IMG/VR virus record: IMGVR_UViG_3300045988_131726
From: a virus
Reading direction: 5' to 3' (one strand)
Length of the DNA: 64,000 bases
The position numbers were made by a program, and so were the translations under genes. The notes under the pieces are model-generated. The model was not told the DNA's origin, searched no databases, and saw only the letters and a list, made by a program, of their open reading frames with translations. This document shows positions 1 through 11,979 of the stretch, piece after piece; within the stretch, counting starts at the first letter, position 1; each line of letters opens with the position of its first letter.

Positions 1-2157
1 CTTAACTAAGGGACTATCAGCTTCAAAATTATAAATCTGACGTTGGTGATTTTTAGCTACAGATTGAGAATCCAAGGGGAAGTTAACTCTTGAACCTTCA
101 ATATCTTGCTTCTTCTCGTTGTAATATCTTACAATAGGATAGATCTTCTTAGTCTTATTACCATCTTCATCTGTAGCATATCTCTTCCCAAGAGGAAACT
201 CAAGGGCCATTCTTAGATTAAACGGTAAGATACTATCATCATTGTAATTTGATAATTGCCAAGCATACAAGAAAGCTTCTCTCATAACACCATAACCTCT
301 CTCTTGATAAGAATCTAGCATAGGTTTAATATAATCCCTATACATAGAGGCAGGAATAATGTCAATATAATTGAGAGGAGACATCTGAAGTCCTGATTGT
401 AACAAGCAGAACTTCATTAAATCCATCGCAAATTCCTTATCTTGTAAATAAAGTTGTTCCCAAGCATAAGTTACAGCATTAGAAGCTAAAGGATCTTTAT
501 CTACGTAAGGTTTAATATTATGGATATCTTCTCTTACAGTATCTAAGATCGGTACTAATGCCTGGAACAAAGGATTATCTTTATATGCAGGCTCAGAACG
601 AAGTCTAGCTAACTTCATAGGGACACTGTTATCACCTACCATAAGTCTCTTTCTCTCAGAAATTAAGGTCGTACCATTAGCATCTGGAGTATTGAGAATA
701 ATAGCTGTTAAAAAGTCATTCTTAAATTTATTAAGACTACTTACAGCTTTATAATCAGGAGTAGGAGATGCTGTGTATCTACTGATCACGTCATCAAATA
801 AACCATCTTGTCCATTAGTGAACTGCTCATCTCTAAGTAAGAGGAAGAGAGGTTTAAAGAAGTCTTTATATTCAGCAACAGCATTCTTATAACCTGCTAT
901 ATAACCCTCATCGACTAGCTTCTCATAGTTAACTATATTCTCACCTGCTGTAAGGCTTTTATGTAACTTCATGAGTAGTTCAGAGAGATTCTTACCACCA
1001 TCTTTAGTATCATAGGTAGTACCTTGCATAGCATCTGCAACGTTACGCCCCCATTCAACATACCGAATAAAATCATCAAGAATCTGATTCTGATAAGTTA
1101 AATTCTGAGTAGTAATATAACTCTCAAGCTCATCAGCGGTGAAAACCTTAGCAGGAGCAGCTTCATCGATAGGAGGATATTTCATAGACAGATATGCTCG
1201 AATCTCATTCTTACTATATCGAGCCATAGCTGTGCCAGCCTTAACCCTAGCTGATTTAGGAGAAACATAATTCTCCTGAGCAATCTGTGATTCATATTGT
1301 TGCTGTAGCTTTAAGTATTCACGAATGATAGGCTGGTTCATGAAGAGTGCTAGAGTATCAGGATGAACTCCTGCCATAGTAAGCATTGTAAGCGTTCCTA
1401 ATGTTGCAGGAGTAGCTCCTAAATTCACTCCAAAAGGTGATTTAGCAGCATCCACAGCAGCACTAATCCACTGATTTAACAGCTCAGAAATAGGAATTTT
1501 CTTAGCACCAGCAGTAAACTTTCGTCCAAGCTGAACAACACCATTTTCCTCATTGTGCTCAAAATTAACCTGAACTTTTTCTGCAGGTATCCCTAAGTCA
1601 TACATGGAGGCAAATACATAGAATTTACCTGCATTAGCTGCAATACCTACCTCTTTCTTACCAGCCATATAATTCTCAGCAACCTGTAGAACATATGTAG
1701 GATCTAGAATACTAGGAAGAGCCGCTTTAGATTTATAATACTCAGCCTCCATCTCATAAGTATCTCCAAAGACAGCTTTCATAGCTCTCTTGGCAGAAGC
1801 TTCCAAGATGTTGGTCTGAATAGGTGCTATAAAGTTAGAAGCATTCTCAGCTATATGAGCAAGCTCTTTTTGAATCTGAGTAATACGATTCTCAATAGCT
1901 TTCTTGTGAAACTCTTCTTTAGATACCTTAGGAGTCTGCTCAGTATCTGCAAGCTCTTGTAGTAATTCACTGTTACCAAAGAATCCACTTAGAGCTTCAA
2001 GGATATCCTCTTTCTTCTCATCCTTAAAAGAGTTAACTAGTTCCTCATACTGTTCTTCCCAATGAGAATAATCTATGTACTTAAGCCGTCCCTTAACCTT
2101 ATAATAATTAGGTACATATAAGTACATTTTATCAATATCATACAATAATCTCTTATA
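1..2157 (-). CDS. Downstream exon (partial, continues past window start) of the giant virion-associated protein gene
   Basis: My own minus-strand translation is open for all 719 codons from 2157 to 1 (YKRLLYDIDKMYLYVPNYYKVKGRLKYIDYSHWEEQ...SELLNQWISAAVDAAKSPFGVNLG...). An in-frame TGA at 2161-2163 blocks upstream extension. It joins in frame to 3056 once 2158-3055 is removed. It is missing from the ORF track because it has no end inside the window. Confidence 0.7.
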
Positions 2158-3055
2158 CTTTCATATAAGTTTAGACTATATCTTCACTACTAATAGTAGT
2201 GTTCTGCATTTCAGGCTCTAAAGCCCTACCCAAAGATTCTTTATCATATAATGATCTAGATCTTTGACTTAAGTCGTATGTAATTTTATGTATCATACAT
2301 GGAACTTCTGATACAAATGGTTTGACAATTTCAAGAAATTTAATACCTTCTTTAGTACCACAGCATAAAGAATAAGTACCTCTACCTTCTGATATAGGAT
2401 AGAAAGAAATATTCCATTCTTCCTTAAAGAAATTTATTACATTCTGAATGGTTTCTTTATCCTCACATAGGGATATTCTTATATAGAATCCATGGCATTT
2501 ACCTTTAGTAATTCGATAATTGATACATCCATCATCCATATACCAGATAGCAATACCTCTTGCATCTAACCTATTTAGAAGACGTCTATTACCAAGATAC
2601 TTCTTAGGCTTATAAAATATCCTCCTAAGCAATTTAATGAAAGTTGTTATTCCTAATTGAGTATATAAAACTTTTTGACCAGTATTATATCCGCATGTAC
2701 TAACATATTCATGTATTCCATTATTACGAATACCCGCATTATTAAGTTGCTTAACTTTCCACTCTAAATAATCTCTCTGTGCCTCAGAATGAGATAATTT
2801 AAATACATTATTATTACTAATAGTTCCATCTCCTAGTAATAATGCAATTAATAAATTTCTTGAATCTTTATTTAACTTAGTTTTCATACGCTTTGTTATC
2901 CATTAAGGAAACGTTATTTAAGTATTAGTCGTTGAGCCTTCCCCATATGGGGCTTGGCTGCGGATTGCCCAATTCTAAACATTGTTACACTTCGGTAGTT
3001 TAGACTCTAAGGGGGTCCCCGCAATTAACAGAATTTTACTCGAACCATGATATTA
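2158..3055 (-). mobile_element. Group I intron (T4 td/nrdB-like IA core) carrying a LAGLIDADG homing endonuclease ORF
   Basis: Minus-strand core elements: P AATTGCGGGGACC (3014-3026), Q AATCCGCAGCCAAGCC (2951-2966), R GCTCAACGACTAATAC (2922-2937), S GAAGATATAGTCT (2173-2185). P4 pairs TGCGG/CCGCA. P1: exon CTCGGAT (3062-3056) pairs with intron GTTCGAG (3045-3039), with a U-G pair at the splice site. The last intron base is G at 2158. Confidence 0.8.
2171..2887 (-). CDS. LAGLIDADG homing endonuclease (two-motif type), intron-encoded
   Basis: 238-aa ORF with two LAGLIDADG-type motifs, LLIALLLGDGTIS and IAIWYMDDGCI. It lies inside the intron and its last codons (SSEDIV-stop) overlap the intron S element. 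Confidence 0.85.
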   Translation of the reverse strand: MKTKLNKDSRNLLIALLLGDGTISNNNVFKLSHSEAQRDYLEWKVKQLNNAGIRNNGIHEYVSTCGYNTGQKVLYTQLGITTFIKLLRRIFYKPKKYLGNRRLLNRLDARGIAIWYMDDGCINYRITKGKCHGFYIRISLCEDKETIQNVINFFKEEWNISFYPISEGRGTYSLCCGTKEGIKFLEIVKPFVSEVPCMIHKITYDLSQRSRSLYDKESLGRALEPEMQNTTISSEDIV

Positions 3056-6000
3056 ATCCGAGCCTGCTTTAGCAACAATCTCTGTAGGCAGAACTATAAT
3101 ATCACCAGCAGCTTCAGGGAGGAAATCTTTAACAACAATAGTTTCTATTGAGCTAAGTCCCTGTGTAGGGATACGGAATCCTATAAGCTGTAGCAACTCA
3201 GGAGGTACTTTACCTACCTTTGTAATACCCTTAAACGGTGAGGGAAGATATACTTCCATAGATGTAATCTTAGGCTTACCATCTACATATTTTACTACGA
3301 AGTCTAAGTCCGAAGATTTATACTTACCTTCATTATATGTACGGCTTGCCTTAGTTTCCCACATGGTCGAAGGCACCTGGAATGCTGCTGTACCATGACG
3401 TTTCTGAGAAGTAGTCATACTTGCAGCTCTGCTCATAAGGATGCTCTCAATCTTCTCACGTGTAGGAAGAATATCTATATTAGTAGTACCATCATCAAGA
3501 TTATCTAAGAGTTCTATAGCAGTAATGTAATTATCCGCTAATCCCCTTTCAATAGCTTCTCGGCGTAGAGAATTAACAAGACTTACAATACCCTCTTCAG
3601 AAATCTTCCATCCCTTCTTAGTTGCTACAAGACCTAACTCTTTAACAAGTTGATCTCTACCTATAGCAATACGTTGATTATTCAGACTAATATACTCCTC
3701 AGCTAAAGCTTTAACTTTAGGAGCATTCTCTCCAAAGTGTTCACTGATCTCACCCGCATCAAAGAGACCATTAAGAATCTGTACCATCATCTGAGTACCA
3801 GTAACTACATCATGGTGTTTATGTTCACCAGTGTCTACTTGAATACCCCAATATTCCCAATAAGTATCTTGAGTAAGAAGATCTAAAGGCCCAGTATAAT
3901 TACCTTCAGTATCTACCAAGAAGTTACCTTCTTTATCGTAGAAGTCATTAAAAGGATGCTCTGTATTTGTAACTAATACACCTTCCTCATTAGTAACCGA
4001 ATTAGTCTTAGTAGTTACACCTTTATTAGCTGAATAGTGTACGGCTACACTAACCTGATTCTTAATCATTAGTTCGTGAAGCTTAGAGAGGTTAGTATCT
4101 CCTAAAGCCTTCAGGACAGAAGGTATTAGAGGCATCAATGAGAGCTTATAGAAAGATGGTTTAAATCCTTCAACATTAGCTAAAGGACCAAAGTGCTGAG
4201 GTTTTAAGGAATTAAATACTTGAGAACCCCAGCTGCCACGAGTTAAAGGAGATTTATTACCATCAAAGTCTACAAATACTCTCTCCTCAACAGGAACTCC
4301 TGCTCTTTCTTGTACTTCCCATTGATAAAGCTTTTCAGAATCAAGATTCCAATCCCCTACTCTAACTTTGAATTCTCGGTAAGCATCTAAAGAAATCATT
4401 CCAAAACCGTCACCCTCAGTCATATCTGCATAAGGAGCACTATTAAGACCCAACTTATCCGCATTCTTAATAAGAGCTTCTGTCATCATATCCTCAAAAG
4501 ACTTACTCTTATCAGAGTGCTCATAAGCTTTAAGAACATCATTGCGAAGTGCCTTATATTTATTATTCTCAGCATCTACAATCTCAGCAATCTGATATAA
4601 CTGCTTAGAATAGCTAGGAACATCTGAGAATACAGCAGTTCTAAGTATAGGCTTACCACTTTCATCAGTAAGATTCTCAGCACCATCCATACGCTTAAAG
4701 TCACGTGCTATAGTAGTATTAATACCATCAGATGTTAAGCAGGTTTTCTTAGAACCCATAGCACCATTGTGGCGTTTGAATTCATCACCTAAAGATTTAT
4801 AGAATATATTATCTCCATATAATATCTTACTTTGCTCAATATTACCGATAGCATAATTTACTACTGCATGGCGTATCCAGCTTATGACGTTAGATTTAGA
4901 GTACTGATTAGTAGTAGGATTAGTACTTAGCTTTAGGGACATGTTCAATACTTGATCGTTAGCTAGTTCTTTAAGACCTCCTAGGTCTATTAGCTTATCA
5001 TAAGCATTGCTAGTCCAAGTATTAATCATCCTCTCTATACGAGTAGATAACACATCTCTACCTATAGTATTAAGAACTCTGTCTGCAAAATCATTAGGAG
5101 ATTCGGCAGTATCTACTAAGAATTCTTTAATCTCATTAGGAGTTAACAAACTTTCAATTACTGTACCCTTAGTATAGTTTTTGTTAAAATTTGTAAACGC
5201 TCTATCCTTGATATGAGATCTGGCAATTTCATCCCATAAGTAGCCTCTGAAAATATCTATAACTTCTCCACGAGTAGTATTTACATTAATCCAAGTATCT
5301 CCATGATCCAGGAATCTCTCTTGACCATTATCGGCAGGTCTCATAATATTATCCCTACCTTCCATAGTCATATTAAGGACTGTAGAAAGCTTATCTATAA
5401 GCTTCATATCCTTATAATCCGTTCCTGTACCATTAGAATTCTCTCTATTACCTTCATGTATCAAGATTGATAATTTAGGAGTTCTCCTATCTACAAGAGC
5501 TCTATTAAGTAACAAAGAGTGCGTTACGTAAATATTATGAGAAGGATCTAGATGAGGCATCTCTGAATATAGCTTCTCAGGACTATCTATAACTCTATTA
5601 ATCTTATTAATTGTCTGATTAATATAACCAGGCTTTTGAAGATCATAAATTCTTTCATCTCCAAGTGAAATGTGAGAATTTTCTAGAGTTTCTATACCAA
5701 GATCTGATTGTATATCTAAGAAAGCATCTAAGTTCTCATTCTCTCCATCACGGTTCTCATTTACAATAGGAGTCTTTAAAGATCCCTTGAGTATCTGATA
5801 GTAAACCTGCCCTATCTTATCCAAAAATCTCTTAGTATGCAAAGCTTTTTGAAGAGTCTCAGGATTATTGATATCATAGGTTATTCCTAAGATACGTAAG
5901 AACTCTTCGGCATTATCAGCAGTAGGAATACGAGGAAAAGCTTTCTTAATAGCATCTGCATTATATTGCCAAACTTTATATTTATTGCGACTATAAAATT

Positions 6001-9000
6001 TGATAATATCAGGGTTACCTTCTAGCAACCACTTAGATAACTGAGCTCTCCATGCTCCTGCAATACGAGCTCTATGACCTACAGTAGAAGCATTAAAGAT
6101 AGTGTACTGCCCATTAGCTTTAGTAATACCTATAAGATAATTATTCTTGTTATTATTAAATGCTTGCATGAACTGTACAACCTGAAGCATATCTGAAGCA
6201 GACCAGGAATCAACCTTATCTAACTTGAGCCAAGAAGGAACTACTTGAGTAATTATCTCTCCTTCGGGAGTTCTAAGTGAAACAACCTCATCTCGAATGA
6301 GAGGATAAATTGCAGGATACTCTTCAGCAACTTGAGATAATCTCTTCTGTAGCTCTTGCATAGAAATGCTAGTAGGGAGATTAGCTAACTTATTTGCTAA
6401 GATATTAAAGACCTTACCAAAGGGTTCTACCTCAGGCATTCCTAAGCTATTCTTATAAGGTATAGCTTCCCGAGTCTTAAAATCATAATGTTTCTTAGGT
6501 AAGGTACTAAGAAGCAGCTTTATGATCTTATTAGAGTTCATCTTACTACTTACAGTAATAGATTCCGCAAATAAAGCTGCAGAGTCTCGACCTTGATTAC
6601 TCTCACCACCTGAGATCTCAGAGGCGGATTCTTGATAGTCTTCAGACGTGTTTAACTCTAATTTATATTGTGCTAGCCGCTCTTGCTGATGTAAAGCTTT
6701 GATTCCCTTAGGGTCATTCCAAGTTTCTAGAACTTTCTGTAATTTCTCAAGATCAGAGAGATATTGCTCCATTAAATTAGGATCTGCGAAAGCTATAGAG
6801 GATAGGATTTCATTGTATCGACCTACAAACTCATTATGAGCAAACTCATAAGCCTCAGATACAATCTTAGCATTTTCTGACTGCAGTATATCAATTAGAT
6901 TACCATTCTCCTTAAAGTACTGTAGAAACCAATAGTGTAAGCTATTTACAGCGTCTGCTGTAGTAATAGCATCTAAACCTGGGATAACCTTATAGTGAGG
7001 AGATGTTGCCTTTAATGTAAGATAGTCATTCATAAGAAAACCTTTATTACGAACTCTCTCTACAATAGATTGTATACTTTGAGTCCATTCCCTATTGGGT
7101 TTACCAAGATGCCGAATGTTATTATATAACCTTGTTAATTGATACTTGATATACTTAAAGATCTTCTTAATAAAGTTATTATCTTCATCCTCAGTTACCA
7201 TAAAGTCTGCAAAAGCTTCAGCTAGAACCTCTTCAGCTAATTCTTCACTACCTAATTCAGGATATAAAGGTTTTAATGAATCAAAATTACTTTTATACTC
7301 ATCATTATTAAGAGCTTCCCTTACTAGGTTAGCTTTCTCATCGGCTGTAAGTAAGCAGTCCAAAATAACGTGAAATGCCTCATGATATACAGACTCTGCA
7401 CCAGTACCTTGATATACAGTAACTACACTATCCTCAAATTTACCAACTACATTCTTAGCAATAGCAGACTTAACAATCTTGAAGTCAATATCAGGAAACT
7501 TCTTCTTAAACCATTCTCCAGCTTTATCTAATTCCTCATTCGCAGAATTACTCATTTGCTCATATGTCCTACGGAATTTTGTAACTGTAGAAATACGAAC
7601 ACTATCATTAGACTTCTGTGACGTAGCGTTTAGATTGTTAGCCATATCTAGGGCTCTCTGAAGTTGAGCTCTAACCTTAGGATCTGTAGTGCTTTCAAGC
7701 TGCCTCTGAAGTGCTGCTATAGCAGGATTACTAGACTGTGTAGTAGGTTCTGAAACAGGAGATTTCTTATCTTCTACAAGAGTAAGCTTAGCATTAAATT
7801 GAGTAGGATCCTTAACCCCCATCCTGTTAGCAAGGTATGCTTGAGCAGCATTCGCAACATCTGCTAAAGTAGCTCCCTCTCTACCAGCATATTGGTTAAG
7901 CTGATCTGCAACAACTATAGGAAAAGCATTCTCCTGATCAGAGCTAACAATACTCCTACCATCATATTGAGCTTCAAAGTCAAACCTATTAATATTACCA
8001 TTCGCAGGATTAGTAACCTCAAGTGTCATCTTTACAGGAGTACCGGATCTAATAGTATCAATAACACTTGCTAAAGACTTCTCTTTAGAAACCTCTTCTT
8101 TGGCCTCTGAGACTTCATCAGAAGTAACAGTTTCTACATTCAGAGGATCATATGTCACATATCGCTCAGCATGCGCGTAAGGACTATTAGGATCTACTAC
8201 AAAGTCTACTAGGTTTTCTCTAACAAAAGTATGGTAATTTTGGTATTTCTTAGCTCCTAATGTACCATCTTTATTAATCTTAGTAGGGAAGTAATAAGGA
8301 TCTTTACTTGCAGGATTAATCTTTGAATAACGAGGGTTATAGAAAGCTTTACTTAAGAAGTTATTAACCTCTGTAAGAAACTCTTCGTTAATAACATAGT
8401 TACCATTTTCATCTCTTACAGCCGCATCTATCTCTTTATCCCCAATATTCCACCTTACAGTATTCTGACCATTCTCATCCTTAATATTATATAAAGTACG
8501 AGCAGGATCACCATGACTATTATACCTAAGTAAATCTCGTAGAATTCCAAAAAAGTCGTAATGTATAAATTCTTTACCACTCCTAAGAGTATACTTATCA
8601 CTACTTACAAAAGTCTTTCCTTTAATAGATTTAGCAATATAATGCCTAAATAAATCTACTAAGAACTGCCTAGTTCCTGCTTGAATGGGTACTGAGTTAG
8701 CCCTATAGAAATTATTATTCGTAGCATCATGGATAGCCATTGTTCCTGCAGGAACAGTAAAGGTTTGGCCATTCTCTGTAATAATTCTACCAATATTTGA
8801 AATATAAACCGTTAAAGTATTTATATCCATATTAGCAGGTAAACTCTCAGCTAAAGGCTTAAGCTGTGCAGGCTTCTTAATAACATCATGTTTGTACTTA
8901 TCATCAATAATACCAGCACTTGTTCCTTGAATAACAACAGGTACACTTACACCATCTTGTAGATGTTCCCAAACATCTCTAATATAAATAGCCCTGTAGT

Positions 9001-11977
9001 AATCAAAGCTCTTCTGAGTACCATAGTACTTACCATCAGCATCGGTTGTAGGATCTGCTACAGTAGTATAGACTGCCTTATTAAGATCAAGTTCTTTTCC
9101 AATAGAGTTCCCATCGGCATCTATGTAATTTCCGTCGTGATCTGTGAGAATTAATCTACCCGCAGTCTTTCCTTCATATTTGAAAGGTACTATAATACCT
9201 CTATATTGAGAAGCATCATGTTTATCAAGGAAGTCAAACCATCGTATTTGATCCACATTACTATTCTCACGGCTAGCTATATCAGAGCCTTTAGAACCCC
9301 GCCAATAATTTTCTGCAGATCTCTTAGGAGGATCCCACAAAGCATCATTAGCTTCGGGAGTATCAAAGCTATCAGAACGAACAAATTCTATCTCCTGAGC
9401 ATCGTTATTCTCAGGATTAGCATCCTTAATTTCTTCTCCGGATGCTTTAATAATCCTATCTTGAGCCCGATGATATAAATTATCAATTTCTTCAATAGCT
9501 TCTTCACTAAGACTTGAGTCATTCTTATATCGCTCTCTCCAAATAGCTAGATCATCCAGACTCTTAAGTTCATCTACTTCCTTACGAAGCTCCTTACGTT
9601 TAGCAGGAGTAAAAAATTTGACTTCAGGGGTGGTAGTCTCGGGAGTAATAGCTTCAGAAGCCTCAGGAGTTTCTTCCTGATAACTCTCTAAATCCTGAGC
9701 TGTAACAGGTCGTTCATCTCCTTCCTCATTAGTAAGTATAGGCATACTATAAGTACCGAGCTCATCATCATAGCCACGAAGGAAATAATTATCTCCATCC
9801 TTAACTACTTGAGCTCTATTAGTAAGTATAGGTTGATTATTATCATCATACTGTACTAAAGGCTTATTTGCCTTAGATTCAACTGCCTGCTTTTCAGCTT
9901 CAGCAGCTATTCTTTGCAGTCTCTCAACTTCGGTCTCAAGCCACTTCTCTTGATACTCTTTCTTAGTAATCTCCTTATATTCCTTATCAACATCATCTAA
10001 AGCTTTCTTAACATCTCGATACTGCTTAATACGGTCAGTAAGAGTTTTATAAGCTTCAGGAGCTTCAGATTGTGCTAAGGTTTTTGCATTAGCTTCGAAG
10101 TTAAGATCTTTATCTAGGCTCACATTATAAACAGGAGATTTTGCACTTAAGGATTCATTTAAATCTGTAAGTTTATTCTGGATATCCCTATATAAATCTT
10201 TACTCCAAGTTTGAAGAGTATTATGTCGAATACGATTGTCAAAGATCTCTTGACTATTAGGATTATGTGAAGCTAAGATATACTCATTCTCAGATTCATT
10301 AATGTATTCTTTTAACTTCTGAGCTTGCTCTCTTTCCTCAGGAGTTCTACTAGTATCATTAATAATATCTTCTGTAGATCTCTCTAATGCTGTAATAGTA
10401 CCATTCTGAATAGATTCAGTAATGAGATCTGCAGCCTCCTTATTCCACATAGCATCCGCAGTTACATCGTCTCCCCTAGAGATAGCTTCAGCTTTTAATG
10501 CCTCAGCTTGAACAATATTATTAAGCTTATTATTAATTCCCTTAATAAATTCTTGTTGCTTAACATATGATTGATATTCCTCCTCACGACGTTTACGACC
10601 TAGAATATCTCCAGAAGCTATATTAGCAACAACTCTAGATACAGCTCTTTGTCCAGGGCCTGTAACTGCTCCCATAAGACCTTCTACGATCGCCTGCTTT
10701 GAAGTACCAAAAGCAAGAGCTCTATCCCAGAAAGTATCACCTAGCTTCTCATCTTCCTCAGTTAAAGTACCAGCAGCCTTACGAACTTGGTATTCCCCCT
10801 CCATCTGAAGAATATTCTGTCCAATTTCTTCGGCACCTTCCTTAGCTCCCTGAATAAGTATATTATCTGCAGAAAGCTTACCTAGGTTCTTAATAGCCTT
10901 AAGTTTCTCCTTAGGATTAGTAAGAAGTGCTTGCCTAAAAGCTCCTTTGCTCTTAACAAGACCATGAAGACCTATGGCATCTGTTAGCATGAATATTCTA
11001 TTGTTACGGACGAATTCAGCCTGTTCTTTGCCTATTCTAGCTTGTACCTCAGTGTCGTTATTAAACTCATCTTCTGCTAACTTACGAGCATTCTCAATAC
11101 TTAAAGGAATAGGAGCATCTTTGAACTGCTCATAGTATTCCCGAGCTTTGGATTCTATGTACTGCTGCTTAGCATTCTCTCCAAGCTCAATAGCCATCAT
11201 CTGGCCTTCAGCATAGTTAGTAATAGTACCAGCAGCAACATCTTTAGCTATTTCCCCAAGGGAATTTGCAAGTACCTTGGTACCTGCAGAAGCATTCATC
11301 TTAGCAAGTCCTCTAGCAGCTAAAGATCCTGCTCTACTAAGTTTAACAGCCGCACCAATACCTTTAGATACAAGACCTCCTGGGATAGCAAAGCCTACTA
11401 CCGAGTCAATCATACCCTTTAGAGTACTGAACTTAAAGAACTGGCCTAAAGCACTATCACTCTCAGTCTCATATATAGGCATAGTTTCATTAAGACCTTC
11501 TTTAAATTGTCTCATAGCTTTAGACAACCAATTATCACGGTCATTATCAAGCTTATTCCATGTATTGTAATGACCCTCAAGGTCAAGGATATAACCAATG
11601 TCCTCAAGAGCTGTAGCAAGACCACTAATAGCACCACTAACTATAGCATTGGTAGCTTTTAAAAATCCAGACTGTTCATTAGCTCTAAAGGCATTAAGGT
11701 CTCGCATTTGATTAAGCTCAGTAATACCCTCATCATACGAAGAGGGATTACCATTAGCAGCTTGTAAATATTCTTGACCAATATTAGACTCATCCCCAAA
11801 TATTGATCGAGAGAAGTCTACATCATGCTGAGCCTGTTCAGTGAGAAACTCATTCATCCCATAGGACTTGGGGGCTAATCTATTAACCCCCGGTAGTCCT
11901 TGGATATTATCGTACTGAGCTTTCTCCTGACTTATCTGGAATAGTGCATCATTAAGTTTCTTTAAATTCTCATCCAT
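3056..11977 (-). CDS. Upstream exon of giant virion-associated multidomain protein (zincin HEXXH motif); occupies the position of the crAss-type giant cargo/RNAP-block genes
   Basis: 2974-codon ORF with ATG at 11977. The unspliced frame stops at 3053-3055, directly after the predicted 5' splice site (T at 3056). HEAFH metallopeptidase motif at 7370-7384. Position after the tail genes matches the crAss-like layout. I could not confirm an RNAP catalytic motif by eye. Confidence 0.8.
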
Positions 11978-11979
11978 AA

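Noticed and set aside
4256-4270. DFDGN in the giant protein, considered as a possible RNAP DxDGD-like catalytic loop.
   Set aside because: The last Asp is missing and I cannot see the surrounding DPBB context by eye. It is not claimed.
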